DNA of 64,000 nt from Chrysomallon squamiferum (GCA_012295275.1 CM022669.1:5022001-5086000); one strand, 5' to 3'. Positions 11,808 through 25,621 are shown, numbered from the stretch's first letter. Notes: generated by a model not told the origin, from the letters alone. Translations and numbers: made by a program.

Positions 11808-14800
11808 GATTTAAATCTTAAATTTAATTATTTAATGTTTTTGTTTATCTTTTATTAATAATTTCATTGTTTATTTCTTATCGTTTAGAATTTTTTTTTG
11901 ATGTTACTTTCTGCAGGCTACGGTCGATACACTGAAGTGAGCAAAGCACAGCTGTGTATTAATCAGAAGTCTGAAGACGAAGATGTCATCATAAAGCAAC
12001 TTAAAAGCAACAATTCTAACTTGATGGAGGTAACTTCTTTTATTGGCAAGTTCTTTTTTATTGAAAAAGAAAAGATTAAAAAACCATTCCTATTTAATTT
12101 CTAAAATTAAGAAAAACAATTTTTTAAATGTGTTTGCATTACAGCGACATAATGATGAATAAAGGATTTGCTTTACTGAGAAATTAAAAAACTAATAATT
12201 TGATTTATTTTGTAGGCTTTCCAGGAAGGGGCGTCAAAGCTGATGCAGATGAAGCACTCACTGTTCATCCGATTCTTTGGAATTATGGTGGCTCCTCCTT
12301 ATAGGGTTGTCCTGGAGATGGCACCAGGTGGGAGTTTGGAGAAATTTCTTATAAACAGTCCGCATGCTCTGTCTCTGATGCAGATAATGTTGGTTGTGGA
12401 GCAAGTGTCACAAGGAATTAATTGGATGGTAATGTTCCCCTAATATCTAGATGTACCTTTTGTAGTACGAATGAATGTCGTGATACTCACGAGATAGTCT
12501 TTTATAAAAATTATTATTATTACATTTGTTTTTGTTGCTGTTGTTATACACAAATTATTATTATTATTACTATATTACTTTCAATATTACTGTCATTATT
12601 ATTATAATTACTGTTACTATTATCAGTTATTGTTATTACTAGTCTTATTACTATTATTAATATTGTTGTTATTATCACTATTATTATTATTACTAGTCTT
12701 ATTACCATTGTAAATATTACTGTTGTTGTTATCACTATTATTATTAGTACCAGTCTTATTACTGTTATTTTGTTACTGTTGATGCTTTTGTTTTTGTTAT
12801 TATTATTATTATTATTATTATCATCATTGTTGTTTATTTTGCAGAAAGATAATGGTTTGACTCACGGTAATCTGAGGTCTAGGAACATCATGGTTTTCCA
12901 GGATATTAAGTCCGACATCTCAGTAAAAATTGGTGATCCAGGTCTGGTTTCACATTTCAGCAAAAAATCACTGGATGATGACTACAATCAGGAAAGGTAA
13001 AATTTAATTTTGGGATTAAATGTATCTCAGTAATTAAGATATTCCCGCACCACAAAAAAAAAAGAGCCTGAAGAACAAGTGAAAAAGAGCAGACTGGTTT
13101 TAATTGCTGGTTAATGTTGGCATACCAAGCACTGAAAAGTAATGATTTGACAGGATCTATATTGCTAAGCCCAGATAAAAGGCTGTTTTCTCATACCAGT
13201 CACTCACTAGTTTATCTGAGACTCTAATTGTATGGGTTTTTCTTTCTTCTGTAAAAGATAAGGTATATGTAAAAGAGATCTTATTAATAATCATGAGAGT
13301 AGACCATTGTGTAGTAACAGAATATTTACACATTATCTTTATGGTTTTTACAATAATTAAGAAAGTTGCCACATAGCCTTAGATTTTTAAAAGTAATTAC
13401 GTTTGATGTCATATAACCATAAACTTTAACAGTAATTAAATATGATGGCATATAGCCACAAATCTTTAACAGTATGTGATGTCATATGACCATAAATATT
13501 TGTGAGTAATTAAATATGATGTCATGTAGCCACAAATTGATGCCATATAATCATAGAATTAAAAAACATTAACAAACCAATTTTGTCTTGGTCAAAAAAT
13601 TATGGATGATATTTAAATCATTTGGATGACAATTAGGTTATTGCTGTTGTTTTACAGGTTGCCTTGGATTGCAGTAGAACTCTACCCAGACCTCAGCAAA
13701 CTGACTCCTGCCTCAGACATTTATTCTTTTGCTGTGTTGTGGTGGGAGCTGCTGACGAAAGGGCAGAAGCCATACGCAGACAGAAGGGAAAAAAAAAACC
13801 CAGTGAGTGGCCCAGATTTATTCTTTACCAGCAAAATTACGTGTATTACGAGTGATGATGATGTACAGTGTGTTACGAGTGATAACGATATACAGTGTTA
13901 TGAATAATGATGATGTACAGTGTATTACGAATGATGATGAGGTACAGTGTTACGAGTGATGATAATGTACAGTGTGTTACAAATGATGATGATGTACAGT
14001 GTTGAGTGATGATGATGTACAGTTATGAGTGATGATATATGTGTTACGAATGATGATGTACAGTGTTTTATGAATGATGATGTGTACTCTGTTACGAGTG
14101 ATGATGAGGTATAGTGTTGAGTGATGATGAGGCATAGTGTTACAAGTGATGATGATGTAGTGTGTTATGAGTGATGATGAGGTACAGTGTGTTATGAGTG
14201 ATGATGAGGCACAGTGTTATGAGTAATGATGATGTACTGTGTTAAGAGTGATGATGAGGTACAGTGTGTTATGAGTGATGATGAAGTACAGTGTTATGAG
14301 TGATGATGAGGCACAGTTTTATGAGTAATGATGATGTACTGTGTGTTATGAGTGATGACGAGGCACAGTGTTATGAGTGATGATGATGTACTGTGTTAAG
14401 AGTGATGATGAGGCACAGTGTTATGAGTGATGATGATGTACAGTGTTATGAGTGATGATGAGGCACAGTGTTATGAGTGATGATGATGTACTGTGTGTTA
14501 TGAGTGATGATGAGGTACAGTGAGTTATGAGTTATGATGAGGCACAGTGTTATGAGTGATGATGATGTACTCTGTGTTATGAGTTATGATGAGGCTCGGT
14601 GTTACGAGTGATGATGTACAATGTTACAAGTGATAATGTAGAGTGTGTTATGAGTGATGATGAGGCACAGTGTTATGAGTGATGATGAGGTACAGTGAGT
14701 TATGAGTTATGATGAGGCTCGGTGTTATGAGTGATGATGATGTACAATGTTACAAGTGATAATGTAGAGTGTGTTATGAATGATGATGAGGTACACTGTG

Positions 14801-17800
14801 TTTTGAGTGATGATGTAAAACCCACATAAATCATACTGACTACTGAATTCTAGCATGACATCATAAGAACACAAATTATAGAAATTTCTGAAATCATGGA
14901 TGCCAAACAAACTCATGGACAAGGGGACTGATTCTGTATCCTTTATTTCTGGTTTTATTCAGGGAAAAAAAAAAAAAAAAATCATTTTTCTGTTTTAGTT
15001 GAAGGATTTAATCTTGGCTGGAATGAGGCCATCATGCCCCAAAGCGCTTCAGCCAGATAATGATTTTGACAAAAAACGGGAATCATTCACTGAGAATGCA
15101 GCACTGGGGAATGTGAACAAGTCTAATGTTGATGCTTTGTCCGACCAGCAAGAACACAATTCCAGTGGAATAGTCATGGAAGATAACCTGGAGGAAGACA
15201 TCAAACAAAATATTTGGGATTTTATCCAGAAATGTTGGACATGGGAAGATGACAGGCCTGAATCGCAGGAGATTGTTCGTTTTGTTTTAGCAAGTAATAT
15301 ATTTTATAGTTTTAAAATTTGTTTTTTTTCTTTATACTTCCAAGTTATTATTTTATTGTTGGGGTATTTCTATGTTATTAATTAAGGTTGATGCCCAAAA
15401 TTCCCAAGGTAAAACATAACTTGAAAATATAGATAATGTACTGAGACTATTTCTTCATATAACCTAAGGTACATTTTAAAAGTAAAACAATAACAACAAC
15501 AACAATATTAATATTACTTGAAATTTTACATTTGTAAAAGATTGAAACATTTTAAAATATTGTTATTTATTATTATTTTGTAAGTTCAAGGAAATGAGAA
15601 CATGTCATATGTCTGTACGTATAGATCAAAAAGATTAATAATGTTTAAATTGTAGATTTAAATATTTTCAGTGTAGAACAATAAAACAAATCACAATTAT
15701 ATTTTAGCCAAATGTTAGCTTCACCCATAAATCATGCAGGTCTTTAGAACCCATCATTTCGGTGATGTCAAATTGAACTACTTAAATACTTGAAATTCAG
15801 GATAGCTTTGGAATGATAATAACAGTCATCCAAACTTCTGTTCTTTAACATCCTCAAAGACCAGTATTTTGTGATAAAAAATCATTTGTCACCAATGGTG
15901 AATATATTGTTGGTTTTGGTATGAAACCCTACAAAGTCCAAAAAATCATGTCAATATGTTCCTTAAGAATTCTTAAAATATCCATGAATTTCTATTCGGG
16001 ATCTGTATGGGAACCATGTAACTACATTTCAGTTAAAGTAAAATTGAATATAAAATCATTCAGCCATTTTCTAGACATTTATTTATTTATTTATTTATAT
16101 ATATCTACTTTGACTAAAAAGTTAATTTTTTGTATAAATAAATAAATAAATAAATAAAAATTAAAACAGTTTATGTTTTCTCATTTCAGTCTATGACCAG
16201 GTAAAGCAGTTGGATTCAGAAGAGGTGGAAATTGACTGGGACACTATTTTGAACTTTAATAAACACATGGCTGCTTTCTCCAAGCCTCAAACACATCACA
16301 CTGACAGAAATAACCAGTTAATAGATCCTAAAAGATTAGAGAAGGTGGAAAATGGTTTTCTAGGAAAGGTGAATAAAAGATTTATATATATAAATGAAAA
16401 AGAAATTAGATAAAGATTTTAAAAAGCAAATAAATATAAACTATATAATATAAAAATTAATAAAAAAATTGAAATAAGTGAGTAAATATAGAAGATATAA
16501 ATTATTATAAAATAAATAAGTAAATAAATATAAAAAAAAATAAATTAAAAGAAAAAAGTAAAGAAATATGAAATATATAAATTAATTAAGAAAGTAAATA
16601 TATATAATATGCATAAATAAAAAAAAATATATATAAATTAATAAAAAACATAAGCAAGAAAATATATAAATTAATGAAATAGAAATAAGTAAACAGAAAT
16701 AAAATATAAAAAATAAAAAATAAATTAGTAAATATAAAATATATAAATTAATAATAAATAGATAAGTAAATATAAAATACATAAATTATTATAAAATAAG
16801 TAGTATGAAATGATTAAGTAAAGACATAAACATAAGTTCATACATTAATATAAGTTTATAAGTAAATAAATAATAATAATACGATTTAAAATTAAATGAA
16901 AAGTCATCCCTTAAGGAAATAAATTTATTTACAAGTCCCAAGTCATACTAAAGTCATAAACTATATATCCACAATTTGATATTTAATGATTATGAAATTG
17001 CAAAATGTTGTGTGTAATAAAATGTCTTCTAACAATATCTCTATGTAGAATGTGTCAACAAAGGATTCTGAAAAATATAAAAAGAAAATACCTTTATACT
17101 GACAATAATTTTATTAACAAAAACAAAAATATTTCAAAATGTTTGTTTTTATTATTAATATATAGTATTGCACTTTTAATCCTGGTACACTATCATTTTA
17201 TAATTATTTTATTATTACCAAATTTTACAATGAATTTTATAATTATTTTTTAAATTAATAATAACAATTTTGGTTTTATTACTATCAAATACAATAATAA
17301 TCATAATGATAACAGGATTATTTTTGGTGAGAATGAGTATGATAATTAATAAATATAAATTTGGTATTATTTCTGTTATTAACAATCAACTTCAGTCATT
17401 AACAATAATGATTCTTATTTATATATTTACCAGATACCATAATTATAACTTTTTTCCCCCCACAGGTAAGTACTAATGATTTCAACATTATTTTTATCAA
17501 TAATTTGTTATTTGAAAAATTTCATTTCATCAGAAAATAATAATAATAATAATAATAATAATTACAATATAAATGAAATATAGAACAAAAACAATTAATT
17601 TTTGAAAATGAAAAATAAATAACAACAGCAACAACAACAAAAATAAATAGAATATAAGAAAAAAAAAGAAAAAATACAAATATGTAAAACAAAGAAAAAT
17701 AATAAATTGCTAAACATACAAACAAATTTTACATCAAATTAAAATTAATAATAAAATGTGAATCTAATAATTACATTCAATAGTTTGCTTGTAACATAAA

Positions 17801-20241
17801 CATAACATCTTTCACATCAAGCTTGTTAAAAGGAATGTAATAGAAAAAACCCACTTTCAAACAGATTTGAAATGCATAGGGAGAAAAAAACAAGTAAATA
17901 TGAAATATATAAATTAATAAAAAGTAAGTAAATATAAAATACATAAATTAATAAAAAAAAAAAAGTAAATATAAAATACATAAATTATCATAAAATAAGT
18001 AGTATAAAATAATTAAGTAAAGATGTAAACATAAGTTCATACATTAATATAAATAAATAAATAAATAAATAAATAAGAAATACATAAATTAATTATGAAA
18101 TAAAAATGTAAATTTAAAAAAAGAAAATTAAAATAAATAATCTTCTTGGAATGGAATTGTTCTATTGTTTGTAAATATCAGATTCCTTTATTATTTTATT
18201 GAACTAGTCTCCTGCACCAAAAAGTCACATTGTCTCATGTTTTGTCTTCTTTCCACAGGGCTTTTATGGGGAGGTGATGAAATACAAACTTTTTGATGAC
18301 GTAGAGGAGACTGATGAAAGGAATTGGAAATATGTTGCTGTAAAGAAGATGAATAAAATAAGTGGAGCCACGATAACTGATTTTTTTAGAGAAATCAGAC
18401 TTTTGCAGGTCTTCGAGCACGAGAACATCGTCAAAGTGGAAGGTGTCTGCTACCAACGTAAGAATTATATCTCATTTGTGGTACTTTTCAAACAAGATGC
18501 TTTATTAGTACATCTAATGAAAGTTTTTAATGCTCTGGTTATTATACATTATGACACCCCAGAATAACAAAATAACACAATAATATAAAACATTTGAATA
18601 CCACCATTTTGCTTGTTTTGGGATTATTAGAAAGTACACCTATGTGGTATGAATAAATGCTTAATAGGTTCCTTAATGTAGAGTTGTATGTTATTACATC
18701 TGAAAGCTCTTTGAAAATATGTCTGTCTCTTATGTATATATATAAATACATAAAATTATAAATACATAAATACATTGAAATTAAAATTTTGTTTTTATTT
18801 TTTATTTAGATGATGTATTATTAGTAATGGAGTTTGTAGAATGTGGATCACTGAAAGACTATATTAAAAGCAGACGTGACCTGAAGAATGATCAACTGAT
18901 CCGATTTTGCATCGATGTTGCAAAGGTTTGGATTCTTTTCATCTTTCTCCCTTCTGTCAATATAAAGACAATAAACCTTCTCATTATGAGTGACACTTTT
19001 GTTGTTATGTGGCCTTTTTCTGACAACACTAGAAGAAACTTAAGAACAAATTGACTGACCAAGTGATATGATGGCTACATAAAAATGGCAGACATTTTAG
19101 AACTGTACTCTCTTTGGTTGTTATATTTTATCACTGTTAAAGACTGGATGTCAGATAATAAAATAGATATATCTAATTCATGTATTTCCAGCTTTTTAAA
19201 ACAGATTTTTAATGTTGTTTTTCCTTCTAATTAAAAAAATAAATAAATAAATAAAAAATACATCACAGTTCAGTTATCTTTAAAAACATTAAATATAATT
19301 TCTGACTTTCAAGATCCAGTTATGTATGTCTTTTTTTTGCTAAATTTTACAATATTTTTAATTCCTATTTTCCACTAGGGAATTGAATACCTTCATTCAG
19401 AAAATGTCGTTCATCGGGATCTAGCAGCTCGAAATATTCTTGTAACAAAAAATTTGACAGCGAAAATCACTGACTTTGGACTAGCTCAGACTCTAAGAGC
19501 GGGCAAGGACTACATTCGGAGCAATGATCAACAGCTTCCTGTACACCTGTAGGTTACCATTCTTATTCACCTGATGTTTCCACTGGTCTGTCTTTCTCAG
19601 TTCTTCCATATCTATCAATATGCCTGTGTTTTTTCATATCTATTTGTTTCTATACCTCCATAATCTCTGTACTTCCATCTATCTGTCTGACTCTGTCCTT
19701 CCTTTGATTGTTCTATCTCCGACTTCCATCCATCTCTATATTTGCCTCAGTTCTTCCATATTTTCACTTTCCATCTTTCTTTCTTTCTAACTCTCCTCTT
19801 TTGTCCCCACTTCTTGTGTTGTTTAAATATAGCAAATGAATCAAAAACACAACTGAAATTTATATATATTACAGCTAAATCTTCTAAATTCATATTTTTA
19901 ATTAAATTTTACCTAAATTTCTTTCTAGATGTCCACCAGAAGCACTTTCTCAGGCAAAGTTCACTAAAAAAGGTGATGTTTGGTCATATGGTGTTCTGAT
20001 GTGGGAGGTATTTACCAGAGGTGAATCACCCGTTCTGGTGCAAGAAAACTCACAGAAGATTTTTGATAAGCTTTACAAAGCTCTGCAGGAAAACAAACGC
20101 CTACCCCAGAAGAAAACAATTCCAGATGCAGTGTATAACATCATGAAAAAGTGCTGGACATTTAACATGGAAGACAGACCAGACATCACACTGATACTGT
20201 CACAAATATTACATCTGCACATGGGAGGCCAACAGAATTAG
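7192..20241 (+). CDS. JAK: Janus kinase copy 1 (FERM-SH2-like-pseudokinase-kinase), ~1170 aa. Exons 7192-8109, 9447-9551, 9850-10007, 10660-10955, 11142-11282, 11917-12029, 12216-12428, 12845-12996, 13658-13802, 14999-15293, 16190-16368, 18259-18457, 18810-18925, 19379-19548, 19929-20241
   Basis: FERM motifs [44 protein letters not shown]2 motifs [28 protein letters not shown]1 motifs [35 protein letters not shown]. All 14 introns are GT-AG and phase-consistent; exons sum to 3513 nt. Confidence 0.95.
10060..10375. repeat. Intronic minisatellite (~25-30 bp unit, gtgtgtgatattttagttataaatgtcata)
   Basis: Tandem degenerate copies; a longer paralogous array lies at ~31005-31447. Confidence 0.9.
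13845..14815. repeat. Intronic minisatellite (~25 bp unit, gagtgatgatgaggtacagtgttat)
   Basis: Tandem array in JAK intron 9; a shorter paralogous array lies at ~34655-35012. Confidence 0.95.
16860..17890 (+). repeat. ~1 kb segment present three times (also ~36917-37948 and ~42578-43668)
   Basis: Shared unique sequence from ...aaatgaaaagtcatcccttaa to ...atttgaaatgcataggg. Confidence 0.9.
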
Positions 20242-20936
20242 CAGACAGAGGCGTCCTCAGAACCTCTTCAGTGATCTCTGGAGCTGGAACTATTTTGTAA
20301 TAAAAATCCTTATGCGGAACTGAGGCTGAGAATAAAACTGTCAAATTATTTTTATATTTCTATATTCTTAAAAATAATAAACAAAAAGAGAAAACAGTTT
20401 TGTCGTTCAGCTGAAAGGTATTTTTTTTTTAACTGATAAAAGTATTATTTGTTATGAGATATAAAACAATATTGTTATGAAATATATAATATTACTATTG
20501 TATGAAATACAGAATATAACAGTGGAGTTTTGTAATGTGTAATATAAAACTGCAGTTTTCTTATAGTGCTTGAAAATAAAAATAAATAATTTGAATATGA
20601 AAGACTCTTGATAACAATAATTTGTTAATAACTTGATAAGAAAAATATGACTTTTCTGATCAATTTTAAATTACTTACATTTATGGCCTTATAATCTGGT
20701 AGTAGTAACCATATATCATTGAAGAACAAGCACATAAACTTGTTATATACTTGTTATATATATATATCTGATATGTAACATTTATATTTATTCTACTTTG
20801 AAAAATAACAAAAATTATGGTATGTGCTGTACTGTATCTTAGAAATAATTTACAAAAGTTAGATGTGTCTGGTGTATATGTAAAATAGTTTATCAGCCAT
20901 CTATATGCATACACAATCACACTTTTTATATAAAGT

Positions 20937-20978
<42 letters not shown>

Positions 20979-21617
20979 TACATATATACATATATACAGA
21001 TACAGATAAGTAAATAAGATCTTAAACAGGAATATAATTAAGAAGATTAATTTTATAAATTATTTCGGAATTTTTCAGAAGGATGCTTTACTATATAAAC
21101 ATATTTTCAAGATGAATTTATTCATGAATATTAATCATTTTTAACTATGAAATTTATATTTCTGTTGTAATAATTTAAATAATTATTATTATTTTAAACA
21201 CTGGTATTAACTGCATACAAAATTTAGTTCTATTATTTATTTATTTATTATTATTATTTATTATTATTATTTATTGCTGCTGCTACCACTACTACTGCAT
21301 CTGTTACTACTATGACTACTACTATTCATCTTTGTCAAACAGTATTTTATTCTTTTCATATAGCTAACAGAGCTAACAGAAATTTTTGCAAATCTGTTTG
21401 TTTTTATTATTGTCTAAAGAACTTAATAAGCTGCTTTTGTGAAAAGAACCAATAAAATTGATATCATTAAAATAGATTTCAAGAAGTCTGTATTATTATA
21501 ATAATGATAGGCTTCTTCCATTAAAATATATGAAATGTTTCTTATTTTTTTGTTTGTTTATGTATTTTTATTTTATTTTATTTTATTTTATTTTTGTTTA
21601 TTTGTTAAAAAAAAAAA

Positions 21618-22407
21618 TTCCATATGTGGAAAACGTTTTATATCATCTTTCACCATTTTTCTTGTTTGTAATATCTGTAAAATAAAATATTTTAAAATAT
21701 TAATAACCTGAAGAAAAAACAGTCATTTATTTGTTATAATTATATTAATCTGATTACAAATTATTATTATTATTTTTATTTTATTGTTTAAGTCTTTAAA
21801 GCCATGCTCAGTTTTCGTTATTACTGTAAACTGAATAATAATAATAATAATAATATATAAAAACATTCTGAAAAATAAAGAACTATCTCATTGTTAAAAC
21901 AATATAAAAGTCTGAAACAAAAATTATATTTATTTACTGTTTATATCTTTAAATCCACTTATTTCTTCCAGAATCGTTATTTGTCTTTCTGTAAATTAAA
22001 ATAAATAATATACATTAATGAACTGTACCTTATTTTATGTCTATTAAAAAAGAAATAATAAATATTAACAGTCTGGAAAATTTTTAAAAATAACAATTAA
22101 TATTAATATTCTACAAAAAGAAGTTAAGAAAAATTTACATATAACATCAAAAACAAAATGGTTGTTACGAAACTCTAAATTTATTTTCTGTCAAGTTATT
22201 TTCGTGGATTCATTCTTTTATTTATTTTTAAAATATAAACAATAAATAAATAAATAAATAAATGTTAACAACCTAAAATAAAATACAATATTTTATTTAT
22301 TAGTAAATAAAATATACTTAAAAAAAAGAGTAGAAATAACACAAATGATTACTACAATTGATTCTACCACTATTTATTTATTTAATATTGTCACGCTCTG
22401 TTTATAA

Positions 22408-22462
<55 letters not shown>

Positions 22463-22842
22463 TTTCACTGAAAAAAAAATTGGATATGCAGTTCTACAGA
22501 TCATACTGGAACCATTTTGTGTTGTGTACATTTATATTTAGATTTGGAAGTGTCGATAAAATCATAATTGTTTTTTTAATTTTTTTGTTTTTGTTTTTTA
22601 ATTAATTACATTTTCTGATAAAATAATTTTGGACGCAATTTTAATTTTTGGACGCAATTTTAAACGGTTCACCAAAATAACCGAGATTTCCGATTTGAAG
22701 ACTGAACCTGTTTGTTGTTTTTTTTATTTGTTAGTCTTCAGAGAAACTGTTTCAAACAACAGAAATTTAAAATAGACTTAAATTAGAATTACTGTACTCC
22801 CTTTTTGGTGCTCAATATTGAAATCAGAATTGAGAGAGAGAG
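21618..22842 (+). repeat. Distal remnant of duplication unit 1; paralogous to 57060-58252
   Basis: ttccatatgtggaaaacgttttatatc... through ...gtgctcaatattgaaatcagaa(t/c)tgagagaga is near-identical at both sites. Confidence 0.95.
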
Positions 22843-22850
22843 ATCACATA

Positions 22851-23545
22851 CAGTATACCCTCACCTATACGCGGTTCCCCATTCGCGGCCCCGCATATTC
22901 GCGGGTTAGGCTCTTAACCCTATCGCATCGTATGCTGGTATACCAGGCTAGCGTCATAACGTCATAAAAACAAATGCTCGGTAAACCGCACAAACAATAT
23001 CAAATTTTTTCAGTTATTATTGCAATACAGTACGTATTTTTTTTATAAATGCATACACTGTATATATAGTGCATATTTTTTGTGACCGTGTATTAATAAT
23101 GTTTTTAATTGCATATTATTACCTGAACTGTGCGTACTGTATTTATCTGTCTGTTTTGCCTTTAAATTTGTTCCACTTTCTGTCAATTCTAATACGCATA
23201 GAAAATGACTTTACGGTGCAGTAATACTGTATGGGTAACTATGCTATGCGGTGTTACTGTCCTCATGTACTTACGTTTCTTTCTGATTAAAATATTGTTT
23301 CAGTACAAAATTAAAATGTGTTTACATTATCATTACTACATTAGTGAAATACATAACTGCATGCAATATTACTACATTATTACTGTATTAATGAGTAAGA
23401 GTGTCTTTAGAAAATGTTTGGGAAGCATTTAGTACCGTATATAATCTCATAATAGACGTTTTAAAACTGCATCCAATATTCGCGGTTTTTCGCTATTCGC
23501 GGGGGGGTAAAGAACGTAACCCCCGCGAATAGCGAGGGAATACTG
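22851..23545. mobile_element. Non-autonomous Tc1/mariner (pogo/Tigger-like) MITE, ~695 bp
   Basis: TA target-site duplication (22849-50, 23546-47); inverted termini CAGTATACCCTC...GAGGGAATACTG; subterminal ttcgcgg repeats; absent at the paralogous site (~2116); no transposase ORF. Confidence 0.85.
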
Positions 23546-23826
23546 TACAACATTCAGAAGAGAATTATGAGAAGTCAATGTTTAATCAGAGGACATTTCA
23601 GTTGAATACTAATTTATGTCAGTCACATACGTCAGGATAATGGAATTTAGACTGTATATCTGTAAGTATTTGGTTTACGTAATCAAAAGTACAAATAATA
23701 AATACAATAATAAACTTTAAAAAAAAATTTAAAAAAAAAAAAAAGAAGAAGAAATAGGGTGTGTATTTGTTTTCGCTGAATACCTTTAGTTGAAATGAAC
23801 TGTTGCACAGTTGAGAAAGAAGTAAA

Positions 23827-23965
23827 ATGAAGTGCTGGATTTTGTTGGTGATTTTCTCTGTTGGGACCAGCAGAAGCTGGGATGAACGTAAGCCGAAGAA
23901 ATCTTCTTTTTTTTTTGAATTTTAACTTATTTATTATTATTATTATTATTATTGTTATAATTATA

Positions 23966-24022
<57 letters not shown>

Positions 24023-25621
24023 AACAACAATGCGCTGAAAAACGGCACTGTATGGCTTCTGATAAGAATTAAGTAGTTTAATTTATGTGGTCTGAATTGA
24101 TAATTCTTCTATTATAAGTTTTATACATACATACATACACACATATATATTATTATAGAATTGCTGCCAGGAAAACTGTATAATGATTCTGCATGCCACG
24201 GTTCTGCTGGTGACATTTTCCTGAGTCCATCTTGCTCAGAAGGAGAACGAATAGCGATTTACACCCTACCCTGTATGCCAATGCAAAACCACGGGAAGCA
24301 GGCTGCCCGGATAAAATAACAGAAGCTACCAAAAATCGCACCGATTGCTGTGTGTACGACATCGGAGACTGCAGAGACGAATACAACGGCACGTCAAAGT
24401 TCGAGTATTATTTCACATTTACCGGAAAACAGACAGATAAAAAACAAGCAGCAGGTCAGAAAACGTCCGACAAATGTCAGTCGGTGAGGGATTCTACAAA
24501 TTACATGATGACAACGTTTTACTGTATAAGTGGTAAGTCAGTTCTTTTTTAAAATTACAAATGAAACTGGTCGAGCGCAATAAAACAATTGTTATCTGGT
24601 AATAATAACAGTAATAATAATAATAATAATATTTAATAGCTGAAAGACAAGAAAATTTGCCATTAATTTGTACGATGAAAAGTAATCAAGAAAGCATATG
24701 ACATTATTAGGCAAAAATTCGCATTTCAGTAATATGATATGATTATCATTTCTGTAATTTATTCTGTTTTAGACTTACTTTAGGAATATATATATATATA
24801 TATAATACTGTTCTCTTTTACTTCAGAAAATGTGACTGTTAATATTGAAAGCGATCAGTTGGTATCAGCGGAAACAGTTTACCTTCTAAACTGGGAATAC
24901 CCTAATCCGATCAACATCAGCACACCACTGAGTAACTGCAGTGTATCCGTCCCTTGCTACAGCAACATCATCATCACCGTCATTGACCTGGCACTGCAGA
25001 ATAGCTCAGTCTGTTTGCAAGCCCTGGACGTCGTCGACGGAGGCATGAATACAACGTTTACGTGTGATGATAACAATCAGTATGAAATAAAGGAAATCTA
25101 TAGGAGTTCGTCACGGTTTATTAATATAATACTTCGAAACGAACAACAACTGAGTGCTGGCAAACTGTGGCTTCAGCTAAATGGTCAGAAGCTGTCCAAG
25201 ATTTTGTGTTATTGTATTTTCTAGTAATATGCTTACAAAACTGATTTTGCAAATGTTATAACAGAAGCAATTCCTACCTATAACAATAACAACAACAACA
25301 ACAGCAACAACAACAACAATAAATAATAATACAAAAATCTATAAATAAAAAATCTATCTGTCCGTCCATCCATCCATCCATCCATTCATCCATCCATCCA
25401 TCCATCTATCTATCAATATAAAGAATGGAAATAACTATCATTTTCAACATCACATCTCTATTATATTTATTATTGTTATCATTTCAATATAATTTTATAG
25501 CAACGACTCCCGGGGTCCCGGTGACTCTGGCTTGTGGGTCGAGTGTACAATCCCCACCACCGACTTGTTCACCTACCACCCCTGCTTTAGAAAAAAACAA
25601 AGGTAATGAAAGGACAATTAT

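Noticed and set aside
13845-14815. Regular repeat arrays (also 10060-10375 and 48420-49400) as CRISPR-like or coding repeats
   Set aside because: No unique spacers; head-to-tail degenerate minisatellites within eukaryotic introns. ORF 49067..49348 is a by-product.
17005-17476. ORFs of 82 and 68 aa conserved in both units and partly at 42879-43085
   Set aside because: Conservation is explained by recent duplication; AT-rich low-complexity sequence, and the frames are broken in the third copy.
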